Shown in pieces: positions 1 to 8,140 of a stretch of DNA of 64,000 bases. The DNA is from Pseudomonadota bacterium (GTDB taxonomy: Bacteria; Pseudomonadota; Alphaproteobacteria; Rickettsiales; UBA1997): positions 2,029 to 66,028 of the forward strand of contig JAZKFV010000003.1 of the NCBI GenBank assembly GCA_040386195.1, read 5' to 3'. The stretch's first letter is position 1. Every line of letters begins with the position of its first letter. The translations under genes were made by a program, and so were the position numbers. The notes under the pieces were generated by a model that was given only the letters and a program-made list of their open reading frames with translations, was not told where the DNA came from and did not search any database.

Positions 1-103
1 CTTGCGTTAAAAACATTTCTTTGGCGGCTTTGCTAAAACTCAAATGTCGTGCCGAAGATTCAAACGCCCGAACTGCGCCTAAGGGGGGAAGTTTTTTTTG
101 CAT
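1..103 (-). CDS. LysR-family transcriptional regulator, 5' end only (continues off the window)
   Basis: Reverse translation from the ATG at 103 gives MQKKLPPLGAVRAFESSARHLSFSKAAKEMFLTQ, a typical LysR N-terminal wHTH signature. Truncated by the window edge, so absent from the ORF track. Confidence 0.6.
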   Translation of the reverse strand, partial: MQKKLPPLGAVRAFESSARHLSFSKAAKEMFLTQ

Positions 104-245
104 AGTTATGTATGAAATTTTCTCATAGAAAGGAGGAAAATAATTCGTTTGCGTGGAAGAATCAATATCTATTAGATTGAAGTTTTTACAAATTAGCCAA
201 CAGCCTTAGCTGTTCTTTTTGAACCTAAGTTAAATAATAATAAAT

Positions 246-3062
246 ATGAAAAAAACTTTAGAAGAAATTTTAAACAAGACCATAGAGAGTTTGAATGGTA
301 GTGATGATGAACGCGGTAAGAAGGTGAAGGCTTTTATTGAAGATTTAGAAGCAAATAACAAAACTCTTATCAGTCTTAACCTGTGGCATAATGCCATTGA
401 TAACAATGAAGCCATAGCTCTTGCTAAAGCTTTAGAAACAAATAAAACTCTCACCAGTCTTAGTCTGGCGTTTAGTGAAATTGGTGATAAAGGAGCGATG
501 GCTTTTGCCAAAGCTTTAGAAACAAATGAAACTCTTACCAGTCTTATTTTGGGGTTTAGTAAAATTGGTGACGAAGGAGCAAGGGCTGTTGCTAAAGCTT
601 TAGAAACAAACAAAACTCTTACCAGCCTTAGTCTTGAGCATAATCAAATTGGTGATGAAGGAGCGCAGGCTCTTGCTGAAGCTTTAAAAACGAATACAAC
701 CATTACCAATCTTTATCTGGATAAAAATCACATTACAGATGAAGGCTTTATAAAAATTCTTGTAGCTGTCGTAGAAAATCTAGAATCTCACATAAAAATA
801 TCTTTTAGTGACCCTTTACACCAAGAAGTTTTTGATAAATTGATGAGAATAAAAGCTGAGAATCTTATTGCTTTGGAGCACCAAGATCCGCACAAATTAT
901 CTAGTGATCAAGTGGTATTAATATTTAATCAAATAAAAGCAGAAAGATTAGAAGTAGAAATATCTTCAAGGATAAAAGTAATTACACATGATGGTGTTTG
1001 TAGATTGCGTGCTTACCATTTATTAGATCCTTATGGTTATAAAAAAGTGTTGAAAAATATTGCTAAAATTTTACAACCAAACACAACTCTTACCAGCCTT
1101 GATCTAACGCGGAATGAAATTGGTAATGAAGAAGTGATAGCTTTTGTTGAAACTTTAAAAACAAATACAGTTCTTACCCAACTTTGGCTGTCTGAAAATA
1201 AAATTGGCGATGAAGGAGTGATTGCTCTTGCTGACGCTTTAGAAACAAATACAACTCTTACCAGTCTTGGTCTGTCTGACAATGAAATTGGTGATGAAGG
1301 AGTGATTGCTCTTGCTGAAGCTTTAGAAAAAAATACAACTCTTACCTATCTTGGTCTTGGTCTGTCTAAAAATGAAATTGGCTATGAAGGAGCAAAGGCT
1401 CTCGCTAAAGCTTTGAAAACAAATACAACTCTTACCAAACTTAATCTAGATGGAAATAAACTTGGTGATGCAGGCTTTATAGCAATTTTTGTAGCTGTCG
1501 TAGCAAATCTAAAATCTCATATAGAAATATCTTTTGGTAATCTTTTCCACCGAGAAGTTTTTAATGAATTTATGAAAATAAAAGCTGAGAATCTTATTGC
1601 TTGGGAACAGCAATATCCACATAAATCACCTGGTGATCTGGTGGTATTAATATTTAATCAAATAAAAACAGAAGAACTAACCGATATAGCCAAAGGTTTG
1701 ATAGAAAAAGTTAAGTTAGAGCTTACACTGTCAAAATCTCCTGAACCTCAAACAGCAACCGAATCACCACTTCCCTTCCAGCCAAAGACAGATCAACAAC
1801 CATCATTAAAACTCACCGATATAACCAAAGATCAAATCCGAGTCATTTTACCAAATGAAGTTCTATTCTCAGAAAATCCAGATGAAGTTTTATTATCCGC
1901 CGTCTCCGATGACGGTGGAGGTAATGGTTATGTTGTTTCAATTAGGGATAATAAAAATCGTAATATAAGAGGCGTTGCCAATGTCGCTGGCCACCAATCA
2001 GAGGAGGGCTTTGCCAGATTAAAAACTGAATTCCTGAAAATAGATGGAAATCCATTAGATTGTACAGTAGTTTTTTTTGGTGGCTCGCCCGAGCTAAATT
2101 CTTATCGAGATTATTACGAGATGATGGCGGATAAACTTGAAACACTTTTTCCTGATGCTAGCTTAAAATATCAAGGACCCGGCACAAATAATGTGCTGAT
2201 CATATCTGGCGGCAACAAAACTATGATTGGAGATGGTAGACAAAATATTTGCAATTTATCATATCAAGATATTCTTGCTGGAAAGCATTTGGACGAATCT
2301 GAGAAGAAAAAAATCGAACTAAGATCAAGGGTGTGTGAGCGACAATTTGATTTAAAAACGCCGGAAGAATCATTGAATCTGGCCACGAATTATGAGATGC
2401 AAGAAACCGCAACAAATCCGGCAGAGACTGCTAAAAATCAATTGCTTGAAGAGTTTTATCATGAAATTACTAATGAGATGTCAGGAGATGAAGTGGTAGA
2501 AGTTCTTAAAAGATATCCAAATTTAAAATCTCTCACATTACCAGATATGCCCAATCTAAAAACCCTGGACCTTTCTTCTATGCCCAATTTAGAATTTATT
2601 AATCTTTCTTCTTGTAAAAATTTAATATCACTCAACTTATCAAATATGCCCGAACTTTTATATGTTAAAATTCCTGATTATTTGGTGTCGTTGACCTTGA
2701 TTGATCTGCCCAAAGCATCACTTAGTAGCAATGAAAGTAGCAATGAAACAAGAGTAAAATATTTGACTTTGGGTGGAAGGTTAAAAGAAAATGAAAAGAT
2801 GTTGAACGATTTTCCATTAATAAAAACTATCGCCGTGCATGCAGGATGCAAAGTATTTGGTTTTGAAGCTAAGAATGATGATGATTATGATTATGATTGG
2901 AAAAGTAGAAAGAACACTAAGCACAAAATTCAATGTCTGCTATCAGACAGCCAATCCAGCGCAGTGGTAACAATTTCACCTCCACCACCTTCAATCCATC
3001 CGAAAGAATCTAGCTCTTTGTCATCCGACAGCAAAAGCCCAGAAGAAAAAGGCCATGGTTAA
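246..3062 (+). CDS. Eukaryote-like RNI/NLR-type leucine-rich-repeat protein, putative secreted effector
   Basis: 938-aa ORF. Two blocks of 28-aa repeats (NKTLTSLSLxxSEIGDEGAxALAKALETN), each followed by a conserved helical tail (GFIxI..AVVxNL.SHI.ISF...EVF..LM+IKAENLIA). Then an unknown domain shared with 3665..5473, then short LRRs (MPNLKTLDLSSMPNLEFINLSSCKNL). Confidence 0.85.
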   Translation: MKKTLEEILNKTIESLNGSDDERGKKVKAFIEDLEANNKTLISLNLWHNAIDNNEAIALAKALETNKTLTSLSLAFSEIGDKGAMAFAKALETNETLTSLILGFSKIGDEGARAVAKALETNKTLTSLSLEHNQIGDEGAQALAEALKTNTTITNLYLDKNHITDEGFIKILVAVVENLESHIKISFSDPLHQEVFDKLMRIKAENLIALEHQDPHKLSSDQVVLIFNQIKAERLEVEISSRIKVITHDGVCRLRAYHLLDPYGYKKVLKNIAKILQPNTTLTSLDLTRNEIGNEEVIAFVETLKTNTVLTQLWLSENKIGDEGVIALADALETNTTLTSLGLSDNEIGDEGVIALAEALEKNTTLTYLGLGLSKNEIGYEGAKALAKALKTNTTLTKLNLDGNKLGDAGFIAIFVAVVANLKSHIEISFGNLFHREVFNEFMKIKAENLIAWEQQYPHKSPGDLVVLIFNQIKTEELTDIAKGLIEKVKLELTLSKSPEPQTATESPLPFQPKTDQQPSLKLTDITKDQIRVILPNEVLFSENPDEVLLSAVSDDGGGNGYVVSIRDNKNRNIRGVANVAGHQSEEGFARLKTEFLKIDGNPLDCTVVFFGGSPELNSYRDYYEMMADKLETLFPDASLKYQGPGTNNVLIISGGNKTMIGDGRQNICNLSYQDILAGKHLDESEKKKIELRSRVCERQFDLKTPEESLNLATNYEMQETATNPAETAKNQLLEEFYHEITNEMSGDEVVEVLKRYPNLKSLTLPDMPNLKTLDLSSMPNLEFINLSSCKNLISLNLSNMPELLYVKIPDYLVSLTLIDLPKASLSSNESSNETRVKYLTLGGRLKENEKMLNDFPLIKTIAVHAGCKVFGFEAKNDDDYDYDWKSRKNTKHKIQCLLSDSQSSAVVTISPPPPSIHPKESSSLSSDSKSPEEKGHG

Positions 3063-3301
3063 ATCCAGCGGCAGTTGGTAGAAAAATAAATGATATTGAT
3101 GGGAAAGAAAAGGAATTAGTTTTGTATAATTACCGTTGACTTTAAACTCTACGAATCAAAAGAATGTTGGACTAAAGCCCGTGATCTTTTTTGTGATTAT
3201 CCGTCGGTTAAAACCGACGGTAATTAAAAATTTAATTTAATCGAACCGAATTGGTAAATTTTTGAATTGGTGAATTTTTGCAGATTAGTAATTTGCATAA
3301 T

Positions 3302-3446
3302 TCAATTATAAAAAGTTTTTTGATTATTATAACAAATCGTCACTACCAGCGCATCCGCCTCATCTTCACTTTTCACAATCGCTTTAGAAAGTAAATATTT
3401 TATCATCACCCCAATTTGATTTTTTCTGCCCGCCCTACTCCTACAA
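3302..3446 (-). pseudogene. Duplicated 3' fragment of ruvC (about 48 codons)
   Basis: Near-identical at nucleotide level to the 3' end of the intact ruvC (5598..~5745), including the stop codon and the downstream flank gcagattagtaatttgcataa. Confidence 0.85.
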
Positions 3447-3502
3447 GTTACACGAAAGATTCAAATGCTTTAACTGCACCTAATGGGGAAAATTTTTTGC
3501 AT
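3447..3502 (-). pseudogene. Degenerate duplicated 5' fragment of the LysR gene
   Basis: Aligns with 43..103 (atgcaaaaaa..ttcccc..tta/aggtgcag..). The adjacent upstream block 3503..3560 aligns with 104..165 (ttatgtatgaaattttctcatagaaaggaggaaaataattcgtttg). Confidence 0.75.
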
Positions 3503-3664
3503 AATTATCTATGAAATATTCTCATAGAAAGGAGTAAAATAATTCGTTTGTGGATGAAAATTAATGTCTATAAAAATTAATTTATAAGAGAGGCAAGGAT
3601 GTTTTGTAAATTTGTATCAGATTCTTCTTACTAAATTTTAAATATTAATTAATTCGAAGAAAAT

Positions 3665-5473
3665 ATGGGATTAGCACAATCTACGGTACAGCAATCACCA
3701 AATGAGTTTCTCACCGGTATAACCCCAGATCAAATCAGAATCGTTTTGCCAAATGAATATTTATTTTCACAAGATCCAAATGAAGTTTTATTTTCCGCTG
3801 TCTCCAATAATGGTCATAGGAGTTATGTTGTTTTAATTAGCGATAATAAAAGACCCAATAAAAGAGTTGTTGCCAATTTCACTAATTTTGAATTGCGCTC
3901 AAAGGAGAGTTTTCCAAAATTAAAAACTGGATTTCAACAAATAGGAGGAAACCCACTAGATTGTAAAGCAGTTTTTTTTGGTGGCGCGCCTGATGGGTCT
4001 CATTTTAGATTGCGTGAGCACGATTTTTTTCAAGCATATATCTTGTCTATTACGGATGGACTTCAACAACTTTTTCCTGATATTAACGTACAATATCAAG
4101 GATCAGGCGCAAATTTATTAATATCTGGCGGCAACAACACTATTATTGAAAATGGCGAGCAAAATATTTGTAATTTTTCATATCAAGCCATTCTTGCTGG
4201 GGAGCATCTGGAAGATTATGAAAAGAGAAAAATAGAACTAAGGGCAACAATAGGTAATCTAGAACTTGATCTTAAAACGCCAGAAGAATCATTGAGTGTG
4301 GATATTAATCATAAAAATGAACAAGGCGAAACCATGCTTGATGCTCAATTAAAATTGTGGAGTGGATATGAATCTAATCAAGAAGTGATAATCGGATTAT
4401 TGTCTGCAGGAGCCGAGTTTGATATGCAGAAAGCTCAATTGGCTATCGTTAAAAGATTAAAATACTCAGCAGATGACACCATAAAATTTGTTGCAACGCT
4501 GTTAACCTATGGTGTTGAGATTTCAACCATTGACGACAATCCGCTGATACCTGAAAATATATTGTTTAATCAAGAAACTATACTGACTATACAAAAGGCA
4601 CTTAGAACCGCTCAAGATTTGTCAGAATCAACATTAAAAAATCTTCTCACAAAACAACGCCGCTCATTTGCAATGGGGACAATTCAGAAAAACCACCCTA
4701 TTGCAATGCTTCCTCCTGAAATTATTGATAAAATCACTTCCCAAGTAACAACTGATAAATACTTGAGAGAGCGGGCGGTAGAAAAAATTAAAGATATGGA
4801 ATTACTTTTAGCAAATTACACAAAGGATGGTGTTTGTGTGCTGAATGGGCAATTAAGGAGTTATGAGATTAAGGATATTGTTAAAGCTTTAGAAATCAAC
4901 ACAACCATTACCAGTCTTATTCTGGTTAGAAGTCAAATTGGCGATGAAGGAGCAAAAGCTCTTTCTGAAGTTTTAAAAACAAATACAACTCTTACCGATC
5001 TTAATCTGGCTGGAAATAAAATTGGCGATGAAGGAGCAAAAGCTCTTTCTGAAGTTTTAAAAACAAATACAACTCTTACCGATCTTAGTCTGGGGCAGAA
5101 TAAAATTGGCGATGAAGGTTTTATAGAAATTGCTAAAGCCGTTGTAACAAACCCAGAATTTAAGATAAAAATATTTTTTGATCATCCTGTACAACAACAA
5201 GTTTTTAATGAATTGATGAGAATAAAAGCTGAGAATCTTATTATTTTGGGGCACTCAGATCCGAAACATCCATTATCAAAATTACCTAGCGATGTAATGG
5301 CGTTGGTATTACAATTAGCATCTGATCAGCCAGAAGGAAAGCCCTTAAGCCGTGAAGCTCAAATATTAATAGAAAAAGTTAATTTAGCGCTTGCACCATC
5401 AAAATCTATTGGGGATCAAACAGGAACACCAATTTCTTCTGAAGCTCAAAACGAACCTAAACCACAACGTTGA
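3665..5473 (+). CDS. RNI-type LRR protein paralogue with domain order inverted relative to 246..3062
   Basis: 602-aa ORF. The N-terminal ~200 aa are homologous to aa ~520-715 of the first LRR protein (ITxDQIR+xLPNExLFSxxPxEVLxSAVS...NPLDCxxVFFGG...NICNxSYQxILAGxHL). The C-terminus has 3 LRR units plus the same helical tail. Confidence 0.85.
   Translation: MGLAQSTVQQSPNEFLTGITPDQIRIVLPNEYLFSQDPNEVLFSAVSNNGHRSYVVLISDNKRPNKRVVANFTNFELRSKESFPKLKTGFQQIGGNPLDCKAVFFGGAPDGSHFRLREHDFFQAYILSITDGLQQLFPDINVQYQGSGANLLISGGNNTIIENGEQNICNFSYQAILAGEHLEDYEKRKIELRATIGNLELDLKTPEESLSVDINHKNEQGETMLDAQLKLWSGYESNQEVIIGLLSAGAEFDMQKAQLAIVKRLKYSADDTIKFVATLLTYGVEISTIDDNPLIPENILFNQETILTIQKALRTAQDLSESTLKNLLTKQRRSFAMGTIQKNHPIAMLPPEIIDKITSQVTTDKYLRERAVEKIKDMELLLANYTKDGVCVLNGQLRSYEIKDIVKALEINTTITSLILVRSQIGDEGAKALSEVLKTNTTLTDLNLAGNKIGDEGAKALSEVLKTNTTLTDLSLGQNKIGDEGFIEIAKAVVTNPEFKIKIFFDHPVQQQVFNELMRIKAENLIILGHSDPKHPLSKLPSDVMALVLQLASDQPEGKPLSREAQILIEKVNLALAPSKSIGDQTGTPISSEAQNEPKPQR
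4937..5104 (+). repeat. Near-perfect tandem duplication of one 84-bp LRR unit inside the CDS
   Basis: attggcgatgaaggagcaaaagctctttctgaagttttaaaaacaaatacaactcttaccgatctta occurs at 4937 and again at 5021. Confidence 0.9.
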
Positions 5474-5505
5474 TGGGAAAGAACAAGGATTAGTTTTTTA
5501 TAATT

Positions 5506-5563
5506 GCAGATTAGTAATTTGCATAATTCAACTATAAAAAGTTTTTTGATTATTATGACAAAT
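5506..5563. repeat. Short extra copy of the ruvC 3' end and flank
   Basis: gcagattagtaatttgcataattcaactataaaaagttttttgattattatgacaaat repeats the sequence at 5584..5635, directly upstream of the real ruvC stop. Confidence 0.85.
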
Positions 5564-5597
5564 GACGCAGCCATTTTTGGCAAGTAATTTGCATAAT

Positions 5598-6074
5598 TCA
5601 ACTATAAAAAGTTTTTTGATTATTATGACAAATCGCTACTGCCAGAGCATCCGCCTCATCTTCACTTTTCACAATCGCTTTGGGAAGTAAATATTTTATC
5701 ATCACCCCCACCTGATTTTTCTCCGCCCGCCCTACTCCCACAACAGTTTTTTTGATTGAAGTGCTGGCATATTCAGAAATTTTTAGGCCGGCAACTGCGG
5801 CGCTGAGCATTAAAACTCCGCGGGCGTGACCAAGTTTTAAAGACGAAACTGCATTGGTGTTGACAAAAGTTTCCTCAATTGCCACCTCATCTGGTTTATA
5901 TTCAGCAATCACTGCACTGATTGATTTATAAATGTGATGCAATCTCAAATCTAAAGATTGTTTAGCGTCAGTTTTGATTGTGCCGCAAGCGATAAAATTA
6001 AGAGTATTTTTATGAGAAGAAATAATTCCCCAGCCAGTTTGAGTCAATGCTGGATCAATTCCTAGTATTATCAT
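5598..6074 (-). CDS. ruvC: Crossover junction endodeoxyribonuclease RuvC
   Basis: 158 aa. MIILGIDPALTQTGWGII...EVAIEETFVN...KKTVVGVGRAEKNQV...SEDEADALAVAICH matches the RuvC catalytic D/E/D/D layout. Confidence 0.95.
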   Translation of the reverse strand: MIILGIDPALTQTGWGIISSHKNTLNFIACGTIKTDAKQSLDLRLHHIYKSISAVIAEYKPDEVAIEETFVNTNAVSSLKLGHARGVLMLSAAVAGLKISEYASTSIKKTVVGVGRAEKNQVGVMIKYLLPKAIVKSEDEADALAVAICHNNQKTFYS

Positions 6075-6135
6075 TTAATGTTTAAATTTATTGGTTTAAA
6101 TTGAGTAAAATTTTTTTAAAAAAACTATAAAAAAT

Positions 6136-8058
6136 ATGAATGAACGCACTAGAGAGGAAGTTACAGAATCATTATATTCACTAGCACAAAAATTAAAAAT
6201 CATTCCTGCTAATTTTAGTAGATATGATTTTAAAGCAAGGTTTTTTTATTTTTTTATTGAGAGAGATCACAAGTATAGCCAACAAAGATTTACGGAGTAT
6301 TTATTTGACGAAAAGGAACCAAATTATTCCCAAGCAATGTTCATAGCTTTTGAAAATATGTTTCAAAAATTAATCGCCCACCAAGAATTGAGTCTAGAAT
6401 TAATAACCGAATTACACAAAATATCCACTGAGGGTGTTTTAAAGCCCAATATGATTAAATATAGAGATCAACGCTCCGTTGTTGGATTTTTTCCAAGACG
6501 AACTTCGCTACCATTTCTTAGAAAAATCGCAGCAGACAATTATGAAGCAAAACTAGATTTAATCGAACATTCAGCAGGAAAATATTCTCCTGCTTTTTCA
6601 CCAGATCCATTATCCATAATCTATGATGTTGGAATTAAAGAATATATGAGTCCAACCGATGTTGTTAGTCTTGAAAAAGTGATTAATGAGTTAATCGAAT
6701 GTTATAAAAATGAACTACAAAAAATTAAAGAAGATACATCAATATCAGCGGTTGAAAAAATTCATCAAAAAATAAATCTAATCGGTTTTTTTATTGGTGA
6801 TATGGATAGGCTTCACCCTTATAGAGATGGCAATGGAAGATTAGATGATTTTTTATTAGCTAATTATTTGCTGATTCAAGAAGGAATGTCTCCATGTATA
6901 ATTTTTCAACCTTGGCATTTTGGATATTTAAACGCCAAAGAAAGATTTTTTGCGATTATAGAAGGACAAATAGCCTATCAATATTATTTTTTGGGCGGCA
7001 ACAAAATTACTGATTCTTATGGATTATCATTGCGTGAGCCACTTACTGAAGAAATGAAATCTATTCCCATAAAACCACCAAAATCTATTTATAAAACTAT
7101 CATCAAAATTACTGATACATTTTTGCTCTATACTCAAATTCTTGCCGCAGAATCACTTAATCAGGATCCGGATTTTAGCCCCAAAATTGATATAACAAAA
7201 CTTAGAGAATCATTAGGTGAAGCGATAACTTTTTTAACTCAAGATCCCAACAATATTAAAGAATTAGATTCGTTTTGCTTACCTGTTTTATATAGCTCAA
7301 TTATCAGCAATATTACTTTGGCTGGCGCTTTATCATTTTTTGATCGTGATACCACTAGCTTGGGCGAATATGTGCGTCATAGTGTTTTACAACATCATTG
7401 CGAATTTGATATCGAGAAATATCGCACTGATCCAGAATACAAAGCTAGCACTTTAAAAAAATGCTTATCTAGAAATTTAAATAATCCTTATCAACATTCA
7501 CTATTCCTCGATTACGCTTCAGATCTTGATTATCAAAATAACGAAAAGGTTAGGAATGGAATTTTATTATCTCTAAAAGAACATATTGAAAACGAATCTG
7601 GCGCTGCAAAAGAATTGTTACCAGAAAATCTGAAAGCGGTATTAGAATATATTGAATCAGAACTTTTGCGTCCGGCTATTTTGGAAGATATAAATTTTGC
7701 ACATAAAGTAAGATATGGTTTGAAAGATTTGATTCTTTGTCTGGACTTAAGAGGATATAAAAATGAGCATATTGGTTGCAAGTTATCAGATGGTTTGGAA
7801 GGGGCGATAATAGAGAAACATCCTGATCTTGAAGATAAGATTAAAGCCCATTTTCAATCGGTTAGAGATTTGGAGCTTCTCTTGAATCATCCTAAAAGTG
7901 ATGATCCATTAAGCTTTGATAGCGGGTTAAGTTTTGCCGCCGTTGTTGAGTTTATTGAAACTCATTGCCTAGAAATGCTCAAACCAAAAACAAACCCCAC
8001 GCCAAATTTAGGAACCGCAGCAAGTCCAGAAACCAAAACACCCGAACTGCAACATTGA
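6136..8058 (+). CDS. Fic-fold protein with non-canonical motif HPYRDGNGRLDD, putative effector
   Basis: 640 aa. Fic-like core MDRLHPYRDGNGRLDDFLLANYLL, in which the second Arg of HxFx(D/E)GNGRxxR is replaced. Long unique N- and C-terminal regions with a Pro/Thr-rich tail. Confidence 0.7.
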   Translation: MNERTREEVTESLYSLAQKLKIIPANFSRYDFKARFFYFFIERDHKYSQQRFTEYLFDEKEPNYSQAMFIAFENMFQKLIAHQELSLELITELHKISTEGVLKPNMIKYRDQRSVVGFFPRRTSLPFLRKIAADNYEAKLDLIEHSAGKYSPAFSPDPLSIIYDVGIKEYMSPTDVVSLEKVINELIECYKNELQKIKEDTSISAVEKIHQKINLIGFFIGDMDRLHPYRDGNGRLDDFLLANYLLIQEGMSPCIIFQPWHFGYLNAKERFFAIIEGQIAYQYYFLGGNKITDSYGLSLREPLTEEMKSIPIKPPKSIYKTIIKITDTFLLYTQILAAESLNQDPDFSPKIDITKLRESLGEAITFLTQDPNNIKELDSFCLPVLYSSIISNITLAGALSFFDRDTTSLGEYVRHSVLQHHCEFDIEKYRTDPEYKASTLKKCLSRNLNNPYQHSLFLDYASDLDYQNNEKVRNGILLSLKEHIENESGAAKELLPENLKAVLEYIESELLRPAILEDINFAHKVRYGLKDLILCLDLRGYKNEHIGCKLSDGLEGAIIEKHPDLEDKIKAHFQSVRDLELLLNHPKSDDPLSFDSGLSFAAVVEFIETHCLEMLKPKTNPTPNLGTAASPETKTPELQH

Positions 8059-8140
8059 TGAGAAAGAAAAAGAATGTGGATTTTGCAGTTTTACCCCAAA
8101 CCAGAACATTGCAAATTTTTAAACAAACTGCAAAAAAAAT

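Noticed and set aside
230-613. Antisense ORFs inside the LRR genes and other large genes (e.g. 230..613, 1037..1282, 5057..5254, 22154..22474, 23689..24015, 24770..25099).
   Set aside because: They lie entirely within longer ORFs that have clear protein-family signatures. Their translations are low-complexity mirror images of repeat or AT-rich coding sequence, and none has an independent motif.
1810-2385. Possible CheD-like/deamidase resemblance of the shared LRR-protein domain (VLxSAVS, VFFGG, ISGGN blocks).
   Set aside because: The similarity is only in the spacing of short hydrophobic/Gly blocks. The CheD catalytic Cys position is not conserved (SAVSDDG/SAVSNNG). This cannot be supported without profile or structure comparison.
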